DNA of 64,000 nt from an uncultured Acidobacteriaceae bacterium. GTDB lineage: Bacteria > Acidobacteriota > Terriglobia > Terriglobales > Acidobacteriaceae. The translations under genes and the position numbers were made by a program. The stretch is from NCBI GenBank assembly GCA_963834345.1, contig CAWIBQ010000003.1, forward strand, positions 39,875-103,874, in the 5' to 3' direction. A model generated the notes under the pieces. The model saw only the letters and a list, made by a program, of their open reading frames with translations, was not told where the DNA came from and made no database searches. Every line of letters starts with the position of its first letter. The stretch's first letter is position 1. This document shows positions 10,490-20,475 of this stretch, one piece after another.

Positions 10490-12682
10490 GCCTTCCCTGC
10501 CAGTACTACTGCGGCGGTTGCTTGTGGCTGTTGTGGCTGCGGCGGACCCATCGGCGGAGGCGCTGCCACCGGCGGAGCATTCAACTGCTCCTGGTGCGAA
10601 GGCAGTTTGGCATCCGGATTCGTCACCGCCTCCAGACCCGGAATTGTCAGTTGCTGGGTCACCGTACCCGAAACGCCGTCGCCAATGCTGATGTTGTACT
10701 TGGTCAGCGTGTTGGCGAGAATCTGCTCCAGCGAAGCGCGATCTTTTGCGTACGTCGCCATCGCGGAGATGACGGTGTTCTCCGCCGCAGCCAGGCTGCG
10801 CTCCTGCTGCAGCACCAGCGCGGTAGTGGACGCGCCGTACTTGAACTTCTTCTTTTCCGCATCAAGCGCCTGCGTGTTGTACTCGCGGGTTGCCTGCGCC
10901 GCCTGCACCGCTGCGCGATCGTTGGTCAGCGCATATTGCGCATTGATGACTCCCATGCGGATCTGGGTGTAAAGCTGCTGCAGCTTGAGCTGGTCCTGAC
11001 GGAATTCAAGCAAGGAACGCTCATGCAGCGCCTGGGCGGGGCGGTTACGCAAGGGAATTGAGATGTTGACGCCGACGCCACGGTCTGGCGTGTTTCCCTT
11101 GAAGAGCCCGGTAAACACATCGCCGTAGTTTCCGCGGGGTGATACAGCGCAACCCTCGGGCCCGTTTTCTGTCGGGCTGCAAGCGGGGTTTGCTGCGCCG
11201 CCTAAAGTAGCAGATCCAAAGAAGCCATACAAGTCCACCACCGGCAGCAGCCCGTTCTTGACGCCTTTCAGCGTGATCTGATCGTTCTTCAGATTCAGGA
11301 TGGCCTGCTCGATCTCAGGCCGGTTCTGGTAAGCCTCTTTCACCAGGTCCTCGACTGCAGCCGTTTCCTCCGGCATCTCGATCAGGGACACGCGATCCGT
11401 TGGGATGACAGGCGCCTGTGACAAGGCAGGATCGCTCAGATTCTGGGCGATCGCCTGCTTCATCACCAACTGCTGGTACTCCAGATTGCTTTGCGCAGTG
11501 ATCAGCGTCTGCTTGTCCTGCGCAACCTGGTTGTCGGCGTTCAAAACATCCAGAGGCGCCAATGTTCCGATCTGCAACTGCTTGCGGTTGTCCGACGCCA
11601 CCTGCGTGGATTGATCGAGTGCGCGTTGCGCGGACAGCACATTCTCATACGCACTTACCAGCAACCAGTAGATGTTCTCCACTTGGTTGATCGTGAACAG
11701 TAACTGCTGACGGAAGGCTGAGTCGGTGATGCGCCGGTTATTGATGGCCTGCGCCATGAAGCGTGTGTTCACCCCGATACCAAAGCCATTGAGCAGATGC
11801 TGCGTGATCCGTCGCCCTGAAGCTGGAGGTAAGCTCTGGGCTGTAACCGCTGCGGAAGCTGTTGGTCGTGAGACGCGAATTCTGAAAACCCACGGTGAGC
11901 GTGGTTCCCGGACTGTACCCTTGGTGGTACTGGAAGTTATACGAATCGGTATTTTGAATCAGGGTGGGAGCGCCGGTGATGAACTGGTTCGGCTCCGGCG
12001 TGGTTGAGCGTTCGAACTGAACCGTGCCGGTCAACAACGGATCGGAGATCGTCGGCGTCGGTCCCTGCCCGTTTGCCGTTAATACCAGGCCGCTCGCTCC
12101 TGCACCCGCCCCGGCGGCTCCGGCCGATGTGCCGCCTGGCCCTCCGCCAGAGGCCAGAATTGCGGTGCTGCCGCCAACCGTGTTTGTCACCAGGCCGGCA
12201 GGAGAGCCCAGCAGTGAGGCGCCAGCACGGGAACGCACGATATCCGTGTCCGAGATATTCAGGTTGTAACGCGCAATCGCGATATCGAAGTTGTTCTCGA
12301 GCGCCAGCATGATGGCATCGCTCAGACTCAAATAGATCTTTCCATCACGCAGCAGATTGCTCAGCCGCGGAGAATTGAAGATATTGAGCTTATCGATCGG
12401 AGTCGAGAGGTAGGGCGCAATCGGATTCGGGAAGTGCGACGGCGTGTTCCGGTAATCGCGCCCGGTTGGCCGCATATAGATCGGCAAGGTTGCGTTCGGT
12501 GCTGGCGCGGCCGGCAGCCCTGCCGTAGCCGAGCCAGGTTCGATCTGCTGCTGCGCATCGGCCAGCGGCGCAAGCGTGGAAAGCATCGTCGCGGCAATCG
12601 CGGCCCATCCAGCCAGCCTCCGTCCCGTCCATCCCTGATCATTGCCCGTTCGCCGTACTTCCTGCTTCTTGAAAAGGTTCAT
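10447..12682 (-). pseudogene. TolC-family outer-membrane efflux protein, reading frame broken near 11805-11815
   Basis: N-terminal fragment (ORF 11738-12709; signal peptide, LSDAIMLALENNFDIAIARYN) and C-terminal fragment (ORF 10447-11772) are collinear. The conserved ITQHLLNGFGIGVN continues in the other frame, and one extra nt (CC at about 11809-11810) restores it. Confidence 0.8.
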
Positions 12683-13004
12683 TCGCCCCCACCCATCGAA
12701 ATGCCGCATCTTTACAGAGACGGCGCAGGCCGCTCCCCGGACTCCGCGCTGCGTCGGAATCCTCCAGTCGGGCCACGCCCTGTCGCAATGTCAAGGCTTT
12801 CGGACCGTACGGATCTGCCGTTGTAACACCTGGCAGCTCTTACGCTCGAGCGCCGTTGCTCGTTCCCAAAAAACAGTTTGCGCATCGAGAACACCGCTTG
12901 CTAGCGGCAGAAAAAAGTATATCCCAGCATCATTCAAGCCCTGCGCTATGCTCAGGCTGCGTATGGACTTGTTTCCATCCACCGAACCTCCGTTGCACAC
13001 GCAG

Positions 13005-13784
13005 ATGTGGAAGCTCATCCTGGCTTACGACGGCACGGATTTTCACGGTTGGCAGGTGCAGCCCGGGCTCCGCACCATTCAGGGCGAGCTGGCCTCGGCC
13101 ATTGAGCATGTGACCGGAGAGCAGGTGCTTCCGCAGGGCTCCGGCCGCACCGATGCGGGCGTGCATGCGCTGGCACAGGTCGCGTCCTTCGCGCTCGCGT
13201 CGCCCATCCCGCCGCCGAACCTTCGTCGCGCGCTCAATCGCGCGCTGCCGCCATCGATCCGCATCATGGAAGCGACACACGCGCCATCCGGCTTCCACGC
13301 GCGCCACTCCGCCATCGGCAAACAGTATGAGTACCGCATCTACCGTAGCGAGATATGCCCGCCGCAGCTCGCGCGTTACGTCTATGCACTGGCGTGGCCG
13401 CTTGACGTTGCCGCCATGCAGCAGGCCGCGCCGCTCGTGCTCGGCACGCACGATTTCTCCTCCTTCGCCGCGGTCGATCCCGATCGCACCGCCCGCATGG
13501 CTGCAGATCTGAAGATCGACAATGTCCGCACCCTTACCCACTCCGCCTGGCACGACGAAGGCGATCTGCTGATCTACACAGTCCGCGGCGACGGATTCCT
13601 GCACCACATGGTGCGCAACCTGGTCGGCACCTTTCTTGAGATCGGGCGGGGACAACGCCGCGCCGCCGGGCTGACAGAGCTGATCTCCGTACGCGATCGG
13701 ATGGCTGCCGGAGCGACTGCCCCGGCGCGCGGACTCTTTCTGCATTCCGTCAGCTATGCGGAGAGCGGTGCTACGCTTGGCTAG
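13005..13784 (+). CDS. truA: tRNA pseudouridine(38-40) synthase
   Basis: MWKLILAYDGTDFHGWQVQP..., catalytic GSGRTDAGVHA, GDGFLHHMVRNLVG. ORF 12642-13784 trimmed to ATG 13005 (alternative 12948). Confidence 0.9.
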   Translation: MWKLILAYDGTDFHGWQVQPGLRTIQGELASAIEHVTGEQVLPQGSGRTDAGVHALAQVASFALASPIPPPNLRRALNRALPPSIRIMEATHAPSGFHARHSAIGKQYEYRIYRSEICPPQLARYVYALAWPLDVAAMQQAAPLVLGTHDFSSFAAVDPDRTARMAADLKIDNVRTLTHSAWHDEGDLLIYTVRGDGFLHHMVRNLVGTFLEIGRGQRRAAGLTELISVRDRMAAGATAPARGLFLHSVSYAESGATLG

Positions 13785-13902
13785 ACCGTTTTCCCAAAAG
13801 ATGTCGGCTTGTGAGATCTGCCGACGCAGCCTTTCCGTCAAGCAAGGCTGCTCCCTGCAGGCGTAGGCTCGAACACAATATTTGTGAAACGGCATAGAGC
13901 CC

Positions 13903-15190
13903 ATGCAGTCGTTTCTCTCTCTCAACCCTCTCGGTCAGGTGCCTCAGCTTGCCGCCCAGCGGCGAGTCCATCAGGCCTTTCGCTGGCTTCACCTGCATGA
14001 CGGCCTGCTCATGGACTGGCAGCGCACGCTGGTTGGCATTCCCGCCCCGCCCTTCGGCGAGGCAGGACGCGCCGATTGGCTGCTCCAGCAGTTCCGCGCG
14101 CTCGGCCTCAGCGAAACCACCATCGATGCCGAAGGCAACGTTCTGGGCCTGCTTCCCGTCTCGGCCTCGACCGAGCCCGCTGCCACCAGCACCGGCGTCA
14201 ATAACAGTCAGCGCGCCGTTGTGCTCTCCGCTCACATCGACACCGTCTTTCCCGCTGGAACCGAAGTCGATCCGCAGAGCAATGGAACGCGGCTGGTGGC
14301 TCCCGGTGCCTGCGATAACGCTGCCGGCGTAACCGGCCTGCTTGCCATCGCAGCCGCGATGATCGATTCCTCCATCACGCTGCGCTGCCCGGTTCTCTTC
14401 ATCGGCAATGTGGGTGAGGAGGGCGAGGGCGATCTGCGCGGCATGCGCTATCTCTATCAGCGCTCACCATGGCGCGACCGCATCGCTGCCCACATCGTGC
14501 TGGACGGCGCAGGCCACGAGGTCGCCGTCACGGAAGCTTTGGGCAGCCGCCGCTTTCTCGCCACCATTACCGGCCCCGGCGGACACTCCTGGACCGACGC
14601 CGGCTCGCCCAATCCGATCGCCATTCTCAGCCATGCCATTGCTGCGCTCACCTCGCCGTGCGCAGCCACGCGAGAGCCGCACCACGCTGAACATCGGCAC
14701 CATCGAGGGCGGCAGTTCGGTCAACGCGATTCCGGAGCAGGCAAGCGCGCGCTTCGATCTCCGCTCCACATCTTCGGAGGAGCTGGTCTGCCTCGAAGTC
14801 GAACTGCATCGCGCCATTGAAGATGCGGTGCTTGCGACGAATGCCGCCGCGGCGGGTCTGCGCAAACGCCGTCCCAACGCTCAGGCTGCCTTCACCATCG
14901 ACCGTATCGGCGACCGCCCCGCCGGCCGGCTGGCGGCAGCGGCCAACGGCCCCACGCTCTACGATGACCTGCTCGCGGTCGACCGCCATCTCGGCATCCG
15001 CACCGAGCCGCGCATCGCCTCCACGGACGCGAACATTCCTCTCTCGCTCGGCGTCGCTGCAGTCAGCATCGGAGCCGGAGGCGACGGCGGCGGCATCCAC
15101 ACACGCAACGAGTGGTACGACGCCACGCACCGTGAGCTGGCGCTGAAGCGCATCCTGCTGCTGCTGATGCTGACTGCGGAGCGCTGTTAG
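13903..15190 (+). pseudogene. M20-family metallopeptidase (PepT / deacylase-like), frame broken near 14650-14690
   Basis: ORF 13903-14820 carries HIDTVFP, CDNAAGV and GNVGEEGEGDLRG. ORF 14408-15190 (next frame) continues with RTTLNIGTIEGGSSVNAIP ... IHTRNEWYD. The two fragments together make one normal M20 protein. Confidence 0.8.
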
Positions 15191-15209
15191 AGACGCTACA
15201 CTGCGACCT

Positions 15210-16931
15210 ATGACGCGCTTGCTCGCCTCCGCCACTTTCCTACTTGCCGCCACGCTGCCGCTCACTGCGCAGTCCGGGGCGCCGGACGCCATCTACTACC
15301 ACGGTCACATCCTGACTGGCGTGGGCCTCGGCCAGGGCAAGCTGGACTTCGTCAGCGCGATTGCAATGCGGGATGGACTCGTCACCGCGACCGGTACAGA
15401 TCAGGCGTTGTTGAAGACGAAAGGGCCGAAAACGCGGCTCGTCGATCTCGGCGGCTCCTTTGCCATGCCTGGCATCAACGATGCGCATACCCATCTGGGC
15501 GACGCCGGTCGCATCCAGCTCTCCGTCGATCTCACGGGAAGCAAAACGCTGCAGGAGATGCTCGATCGCATCCAGCGCGCCGCAAAGACCGCACCCGCCG
15601 GCAAGTGGCTTCAGGGCGGCGGCTGGGACCACACGCTATGGCCTGAGAAGACGCTGCCCACGCGGCAGGAGCTCGACGCCGTGACGAACGGACACCCGGC
15701 GTTCTTCGAGCGCGTCGATGGCCACATCGCCATCGTGAACACCGCGGCGCTGGACGCGGCTGGCATCACGCGAGCTACGCCCGATCCCAAAGGCGGCAAA
15801 TTCGATCACGACAGCGCAGGCGAGCTCACCGGCATCGTGCGCGAAGACCCGGCGATGGAGATGGTCATCCAGAAGATCCCGCCGCCGGCGCCTGCCGAAC
15901 GCAAGCGGGCACTCTCCCTGGCACTGGCCGATGCGTCCATTCACGGCGTCACCAGCGCGCAGGATTTTTCCGAGTGGGACGACTTCCTGGTTATGGAGCA
16001 GCTGGAGCACGAAGACCATCTGCCGGTGCGTGTCTCCGAATGGCTGACTTTCGCCAATCCCGTCGAGACGCTCAAGGAGCATCGCGCTCACCATCCCGCA
16101 GATGACCCGATGCTGCACACCGGCATGCTGAAGGGCTTCATGGATGGCTCACTCGGCTCGCGCACTGCTGCGCTGAATGCGCCTTACGCCGACGATCCGG
16201 GCAACAGTGGCATTCCGCGTTATGACCAGGCCAAGCTCGATACCATGACAAAGGAGCGTGCTGCAGAGCACTTCCAGATGGGCTTTCACGCCATCGGCGA
16301 TCGCGCGGTGGAAATGGCGCTCAACGCATTTGCGGCTCCCAAGCAGGATCCCAGCTGTGTCGTTCCGACGGCTTCGATTCCTCAACCTAAAATCACTTGC
16401 GATCCCCGCCCACGCATCGAGCACTCGCAGGTCCTCGACGCACCCGACTTCGACCGCTACAAGCAGCTCGGCATCGTCGCCTCCATGCAGCCCAACCACC
16501 TGCTCACCGACATGGCGTGGGCGGAGCAGCGCCTTGGTCACGATCGCGCGCGCTACTCCTATGCCTGGAAGAGCTTCCTCGATCACGGCGTACCGCTTGC
16601 CTTCGGCACCGACTATCCAGTCGAGCCCATCACGCCCTTCCGCGGCATCTACGCCGCCGTCACACGCGAGAACGAAGCCGGCACCCAAAGCTACTTTCCG
16701 GAGGAGAAGCTGACCATCGCGCAGGCGCTCTACGCCTACACGCAGGGCTCGGCTTACGCAGAATTCAGCGAGTCCTACAAAGGAACACTGGCACCCGGCA
16801 TGGTGGCAGACTTCATCGTGCTCGATCGCGATCTCACCACGATCCCGGCGCATGACATCCTCGGCACCAAAGTGGTACGCACGGTCGTCGCAGGTCATCC
16901 AACATACTTCGCAAACGTAGTCACCCGATAG
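15210..16931 (+). CDS. Secreted amidohydrolase (Amidohydro_3 / YtcJ-like)
   Basis: Signal peptide MTRLLASATFLLAATLPLTAQ, metal-binding PGINDAHTHLG, HAIGDRAV, IEHSQV, FGTDYPVEP. Confidence 0.85.
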   Translation: MTRLLASATFLLAATLPLTAQSGAPDAIYYHGHILTGVGLGQGKLDFVSAIAMRDGLVTATGTDQALLKTKGPKTRLVDLGGSFAMPGINDAHTHLGDAGRIQLSVDLTGSKTLQEMLDRIQRAAKTAPAGKWLQGGGWDHTLWPEKTLPTRQELDAVTNGHPAFFERVDGHIAIVNTAALDAAGITRATPDPKGGKFDHDSAGELTGIVREDPAMEMVIQKIPPPAPAERKRALSLALADASIHGVTSAQDFSEWDDFLVMEQLEHEDHLPVRVSEWLTFANPVETLKEHRAHHPADDPMLHTGMLKGFMDGSLGSRTAALNAPYADDPGNSGIPRYDQAKLDTMTKERAAEHFQMGFHAIGDRAVEMALNAFAAPKQDPSCVVPTASIPQPKITCDPRPRIEHSQVLDAPDFDRYKQLGIVASMQPNHLLTDMAWAEQRLGHDRARYSYAWKSFLDHGVPLAFGTDYPVEPITPFRGIYAAVTRENEAGTQSYFPEEKLTIAQALYAYTQGSAYAEFSESYKGTLAPGMVADFIVLDRDLTTIPAHDILGTKVVRTVVAGHPTYFANVVTR

Positions 16932-16972
16932 ACCAGGAGCACGCCATCGCGAAGCACACCCGCAGCGCGTCT

Positions 16973-17875
16973 TTGCTGCTGATCCTCACCGCAGCCATCT
17001 GGGGCTCGACCTTTGTGGTCGTCAAGGATGCGCTCGGCGATATCTCGCCGCTGCTCTTCAACCTGCTGCGCATGATCATCGCCACCGTCGTTCTGGCCGT
17101 CATCTATCACCGCGATCTGTGCCGGCTCAAACGCGGGTACTTCGCCGGAGGGGCCCTGGTGGGTCTGTGCCTCGCGGCGGGTTACAGCTTCCAGACGGCC
17201 GGGCTCGCCCGCACCACACCCGCCAAGTCCGCCTTCATCACCGGCCTCATCGTGGTCATGGTGCCGCTGCTTTGTTCCATTCCCGCGCTGCGGCCCGCGA
17301 GCATGCGGCCGCCGTCATCCGCCGTCTTTGCGGGCGCAGCCATGGCCTTCGCCGGCATCCTGCTGCTCACCACGCCTCCCCACACGCCATGGGCCACGTT
17401 GCTCGCCAGCATCAACACCGGCGACCTGCTGACGCTGTTGTGCGCCCTCGGGTTTGCGCTGCACGTGCTGGCCCTGGCTCACATATCGCCGCGCATGCCG
17501 CTGGGCGCCCTCGCCGTATTGCAACTGGCTTTTTGCACCCTCATCATGGGCGCGGCCCTGCCACTCTTTGAGCGCCCCTGGCTTCATTTGTCACCGAGGC
17601 TGGTGACAGCCCTGCTCGTGACCGGGGTGCTGGCCACGGCTGTCGCTTTCACCGTGCAGTCCTGGGCACAGCAGCGCCTCACGGCCACGCGCACGGCTCT
17701 GATTCTCGCGCTCGAGCCCGTCTTCGCTTTTCTGACCTCGTATTTCTTCTTCGGCGAACGTCTCTCAACCCGGGCATCCGCCGGGGCATTATTAATTTTG
17801 GGTGGCATTGCCTTCACCGAATTGTTGCCGCAACCGACGCCTGCCAGCGCGCATGAAGCCCCGATTGCCTCATAG
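16973..17875 (+). CDS. EamA/DMT-family transporter
   Basis: About ten hydrophobic segments in two EamA-like halves (ILTAAIWGSTFVVVKDAL ...; ALILALEPVFAFLTSYFFFGERLS). TTG start. Confidence 0.85.
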   Translation: MLLILTAAIWGSTFVVVKDALGDISPLLFNLLRMIIATVVLAVIYHRDLCRLKRGYFAGGALVGLCLAAGYSFQTAGLARTTPAKSAFITGLIVVMVPLLCSIPALRPASMRPPSSAVFAGAAMAFAGILLLTTPPHTPWATLLASINTGDLLTLLCALGFALHVLALAHISPRMPLGALAVLQLAFCTLIMGAALPLFERPWLHLSPRLVTALLVTGVLATAVAFTVQSWAQQRLTATRTALILALEPVFAFLTSYFFFGERLSTRASAGALLILGGIAFTELLPQPTPASAHEAPIAS

Positions 17876-17976
17876 GCGAAATCAGTCGCATTTCAGGGTA
17901 AAACCCTTTGAAATACGTGGCGTCTAAGAGAGGAGCGATCTCCGGGATAGAGCCGCCGCTGCGAAACATCTATACT

Positions 17977-17994
17977 GAATTGTCAAGACAATTC
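17977..17994. promoter_or_regulatory. Candidate operator: GAATTGTC-aa-GACAATTC inverted repeat abutting a TATACT box upstream of htrA
   Basis: 8-bp perfect arms with a 2-nt spacer, directly after TATACT (17971-17976) and about 70 nt upstream of the htrA ATG. Confidence 0.4.
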
Positions 17995-18064
17995 CACACA
18001 TCTCCGGCGTACCGCCGCACCCAACGCGACAGCTATCGCGAAACTCACGAGGTTAGCCCTGCAT

Positions 18065-19735
18065 ATGAACTCTTTTCTTAGACGGATCAAGCTCAACCGT
18101 CTGGCACCAACGTTTGTTGTACTGTCCACGCTCTCCGTCGGCATCATCATCGGTTCGATAGCCGTCCATGGCGTGAAGGGCAACGAGAACCAGGTCAATA
18201 GCTCTGACGCGACACCGCTCAAGATTCCCAGTCCAGTACAGCTGGGCACGCAGTTCTCTCAGATCGCCAAGGACGTGGGTCCGGCGGTCGTGAATATCTA
18301 CACAGAGCAGTTGCCCAAAGAACGCCGCACCACCCATCGCCGCGGCGGCCCGCAGGGACCGCAACCGTTGCAGCCCAACAATCCGCAGTCGCCTGACGAC
18401 CAGCAGGGCCCGGGCGATGACGATCAGCAGCAGCAGGGTCCGGACAACTTCCAGGACTTCTTCAACCGCTTCTTCGGCGGCCCTGGCGGACAGGGACCGG
18501 ATGACGGCGGCGGACCGGATGGCGGCGGTGTTCGTGAATCGCTTGGCTCCGGCTTCCTCGTCGATGGCCGCGGCTACATCGTCACCAACAATCACGTCGT
18601 CGACAAGGCCGACAAGATTTTTGTCAAGCTCTCGACCGATCCGGATAATCCCACCGATCACGGTCGCCCTGCGAAGGTCGTCGGCGTCGATCCCGACACC
18701 GATATCGCGGTCATCAAGATCGATTCCACCGGCTCCCTTCCCACGGTGAAGATGGGCAACTCTGACAGCACGCAGGTCGGTGAATGGTGCGTCGCAATCG
18801 GTGAGCCGTTCGAGTTGTCGAAGACAGTCACCGCGGGCATCATCTCCGCGAAGAACCGCACCATCGAGCCCGGCTCGAAGGGTCAGTTCCAGCACTTCAT
18901 CCAGACCGATGCCGCGATCAATCCCGGCAACTCCGGCGGTCCGCTCATCAACATGGACGGGCAGGTCATCGGCGTCAACACCGCGATCTATACGCAGTCG
19001 GCGGGCTATCAGGGCATCGGCTTCGCCATGCCGTCGAACACCGTGATCCAGGTCTACAACGATCTGATTGGGCCTGCGCACAAGGTTGTGCGTGGCTCCA
19101 TCGGCATCTCCTTCCAGCAGGATCTCCCCGCTGCCGTGGGCCGCGTCTACGGCTTCAAGTCCGGCGTGCTGGTCTCGAGCGTCGCGAAGGGCGGACCCGC
19201 GGAACAAGCCGGCATCAAAGTCGGTGACATCATCACCTCGGTCGATGACAAGCCCATCAAGGACGGCGATGACCTGGTCAACATCATCTCGGCGCGTCAT
19301 CCCGGATCCACTGCCAAGATCGGCTACCTGCGCAATGGTCAGCAGCAGAGCGCGACAGTGACCATCCAGGACCGCACCAAGACTGTGGGCTCACTCACGG
19401 GTCAGAACAATGCTCCGAACGAGAACGGGCCTGGCGAAGAAGAGTCCGGGCCGGACAAGCTCGGCGTCACTGCGGTGAATCTGCCTCAGCAGCTCACCAG
19501 CAAGGGCGTGCACGGCGTGCTGATTCAGGCAGTCAAGCCTGGCTCATTCGCGGATGAGATCGGCCTCTCTCAAGGGGCCGTCATCAACGAAATCAACAAG
19601 ACGCCGATCAACAACAAGAGCGACTACACCGCTGCGGTCAACGCATTGAAGAGCGGAGCAGACGTGGTCGTCAGCATCATCAATCCGCGCCAACCGGGTA
19701 GTGGCAATTTCTACCGCGGCGGCACACTGCCCTAA
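18065..19735 (+). CDS. htrA: HtrA/DegP/DegQ-family serine endoprotease with two PDZ domains
   Basis: N-terminal TM/signal anchor. Catalytic-triad contexts VTNNHVV, DTDIAVIKI and GNSGGPLIN. Two PDZ-like segments (GVLVSSVAKGGPAEQAGIKVGDIITSVD; GVLIQAVKPGSFADEIGLSQGAVINEIN). Confidence 0.9.
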   Translation: MNSFLRRIKLNRLAPTFVVLSTLSVGIIIGSIAVHGVKGNENQVNSSDATPLKIPSPVQLGTQFSQIAKDVGPAVVNIYTEQLPKERRTTHRRGGPQGPQPLQPNNPQSPDDQQGPGDDDQQQQGPDNFQDFFNRFFGGPGGQGPDDGGGPDGGGVRESLGSGFLVDGRGYIVTNNHVVDKADKIFVKLSTDPDNPTDHGRPAKVVGVDPDTDIAVIKIDSTGSLPTVKMGNSDSTQVGEWCVAIGEPFELSKTVTAGIISAKNRTIEPGSKGQFQHFIQTDAAINPGNSGGPLINMDGQVIGVNTAIYTQSAGYQGIGFAMPSNTVIQVYNDLIGPAHKVVRGSIGISFQQDLPAAVGRVYGFKSGVLVSSVAKGGPAEQAGIKVGDIITSVDDKPIKDGDDLVNIISARHPGSTAKIGYLRNGQQQSATVTIQDRTKTVGSLTGQNNAPNENGPGEEESGPDKLGVTAVNLPQQLTSKGVHGVLIQAVKPGSFADEIGLSQGAVINEINKTPINNKSDYTAAVNALKSGADVVVSIINPRQPGSGNFYRGGTLP

Positions 19736-19752
19736 CCAACTGTGTCGCCACG

Positions 19753-19790
19753 GCGAGTGCGGCTTTTCTTAACGGAAAAGCCACACTCGC
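19753..19790 (+). terminator. Long hairpin downstream of htrA (probable terminator, no clear U-tract)
   Basis: GCGAGTGCGGCTTTTC-ttaacg-GAAAAGCCACACTCGC: 16-bp stem with one mismatch, 18 nt after the htrA stop. Confidence 0.5.
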
Positions 19791-19792
19791 TG

Positions 19793-19848
19793 AATGTGGT
19801 GCCACATTACGGTGGGAATTCCCACTTTAGGTAACACGTTTGTGTTAC
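19793..19848. repeat. Cluster of three perfect inverted repeats
   Basis: AATGTGG-tg-CCACATT (19793-19808), GTGGGAATTCCCAC (19812-19825, perfect 14-bp palindrome) and GTAACAC-gttt-GTGTTAC (19831-19848). A further CCCAC-N9-GTGGG lies at 19862-19880. Confidence 0.6.
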
Positions 19849-19967
19849 TCACGAGAATCGCCCCACACAACTTTCGTGGGTGCCAATCTCTGTTCGGTTG
19901 CAATCTCATGAATATGCCGCTAGTCTCACCAGAACGCGATCTTCCTACCCCCGGACGAGGAACCCGC

Positions 19968-20417
19968 ATGCTTCGCTTTTCAGCCGGCACCACACTGGCT
20001 CTGACCCTCGCTCTCGTCGTGTCTCCAGCGCTCGCAGCGACCTCAACGTCTGCTCATAGCACCGTCAGCCGCGTAAGCCATCGCATCCGTCACCGCATCG
20101 CCCATCCGATTGGTCAGCGTAGCATCGCCCCGGAGCGCGCGAGCGAGATCCAGAAGGCACTTATCTCCAAAAATTATCTGACCGGCTCACCCAGCGGACA
20201 GTGGGACGCGCAAACCGAAACCGCGATGCAGAAGTACCAGGCGGACCACGGCTGGCAAACCAAGCTCACGCCGGACTCGCGCGCGCTGATCTCGCTCGGC
20301 CTCGGCCCCACGACAGCAAGCGGTCCCCAGACACTGCCCGCAAACACCTACATGTCGCCCTCGACTGAACCTGCAGAGGCTGGAACACTCGCCTCGGTAC
20401 ACTCGATCGCGCAGTAG
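19968..20417 (+). CDS. Secreted peptidoglycan-binding-domain protein
   Basis: ORF 19794-20417 trimmed to ATG 19968 (MLRFSAGTTLALTLALVVSPALA). PG_binding_1-like IQKALISKNYLTGSPSGQWDAQTETAMQKYQADHGW. Confidence 0.7.
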   Translation: MLRFSAGTTLALTLALVVSPALAATSTSAHSTVSRVSHRIRHRIAHPIGQRSIAPERASEIQKALISKNYLTGSPSGQWDAQTETAMQKYQADHGWQTKLTPDSRALISLGLGPTTASGPQTLPANTYMSPSTEPAEAGTLASVHSIAQ

Positions 20418-20438
20418 CGGCAGTCCAAGCAACATCCA

Positions 20439-20470
20439 AGGCCCGCATCTGCGGGCCTCTTCATTTTTCT
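20439..20470 (+). terminator. Rho-independent terminator
   Basis: AGGCCCGC-atct-GCGGGCCT followed by CTTCATTTTTCT. Confidence 0.75.
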
Positions 20471-20475
20471 GATCC

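Noticed and set aside
18300-18540. Gln/Gly/Pro/Asp-rich low-complexity insertion in HtrA (RRGGPQGPQPLQPNNPQSPDDQQGPGDDDQQQQGPDNFQDFFNRFFGGPGGQGPDDGGG)
   Set aside because: It sits where DegP/DegQ proteases carry their long, Q/G-rich LA loop (E. coli DegP has a comparable FFGDD...QGGQGGNGGGQQQ segment). It is a family feature, not a novelty.
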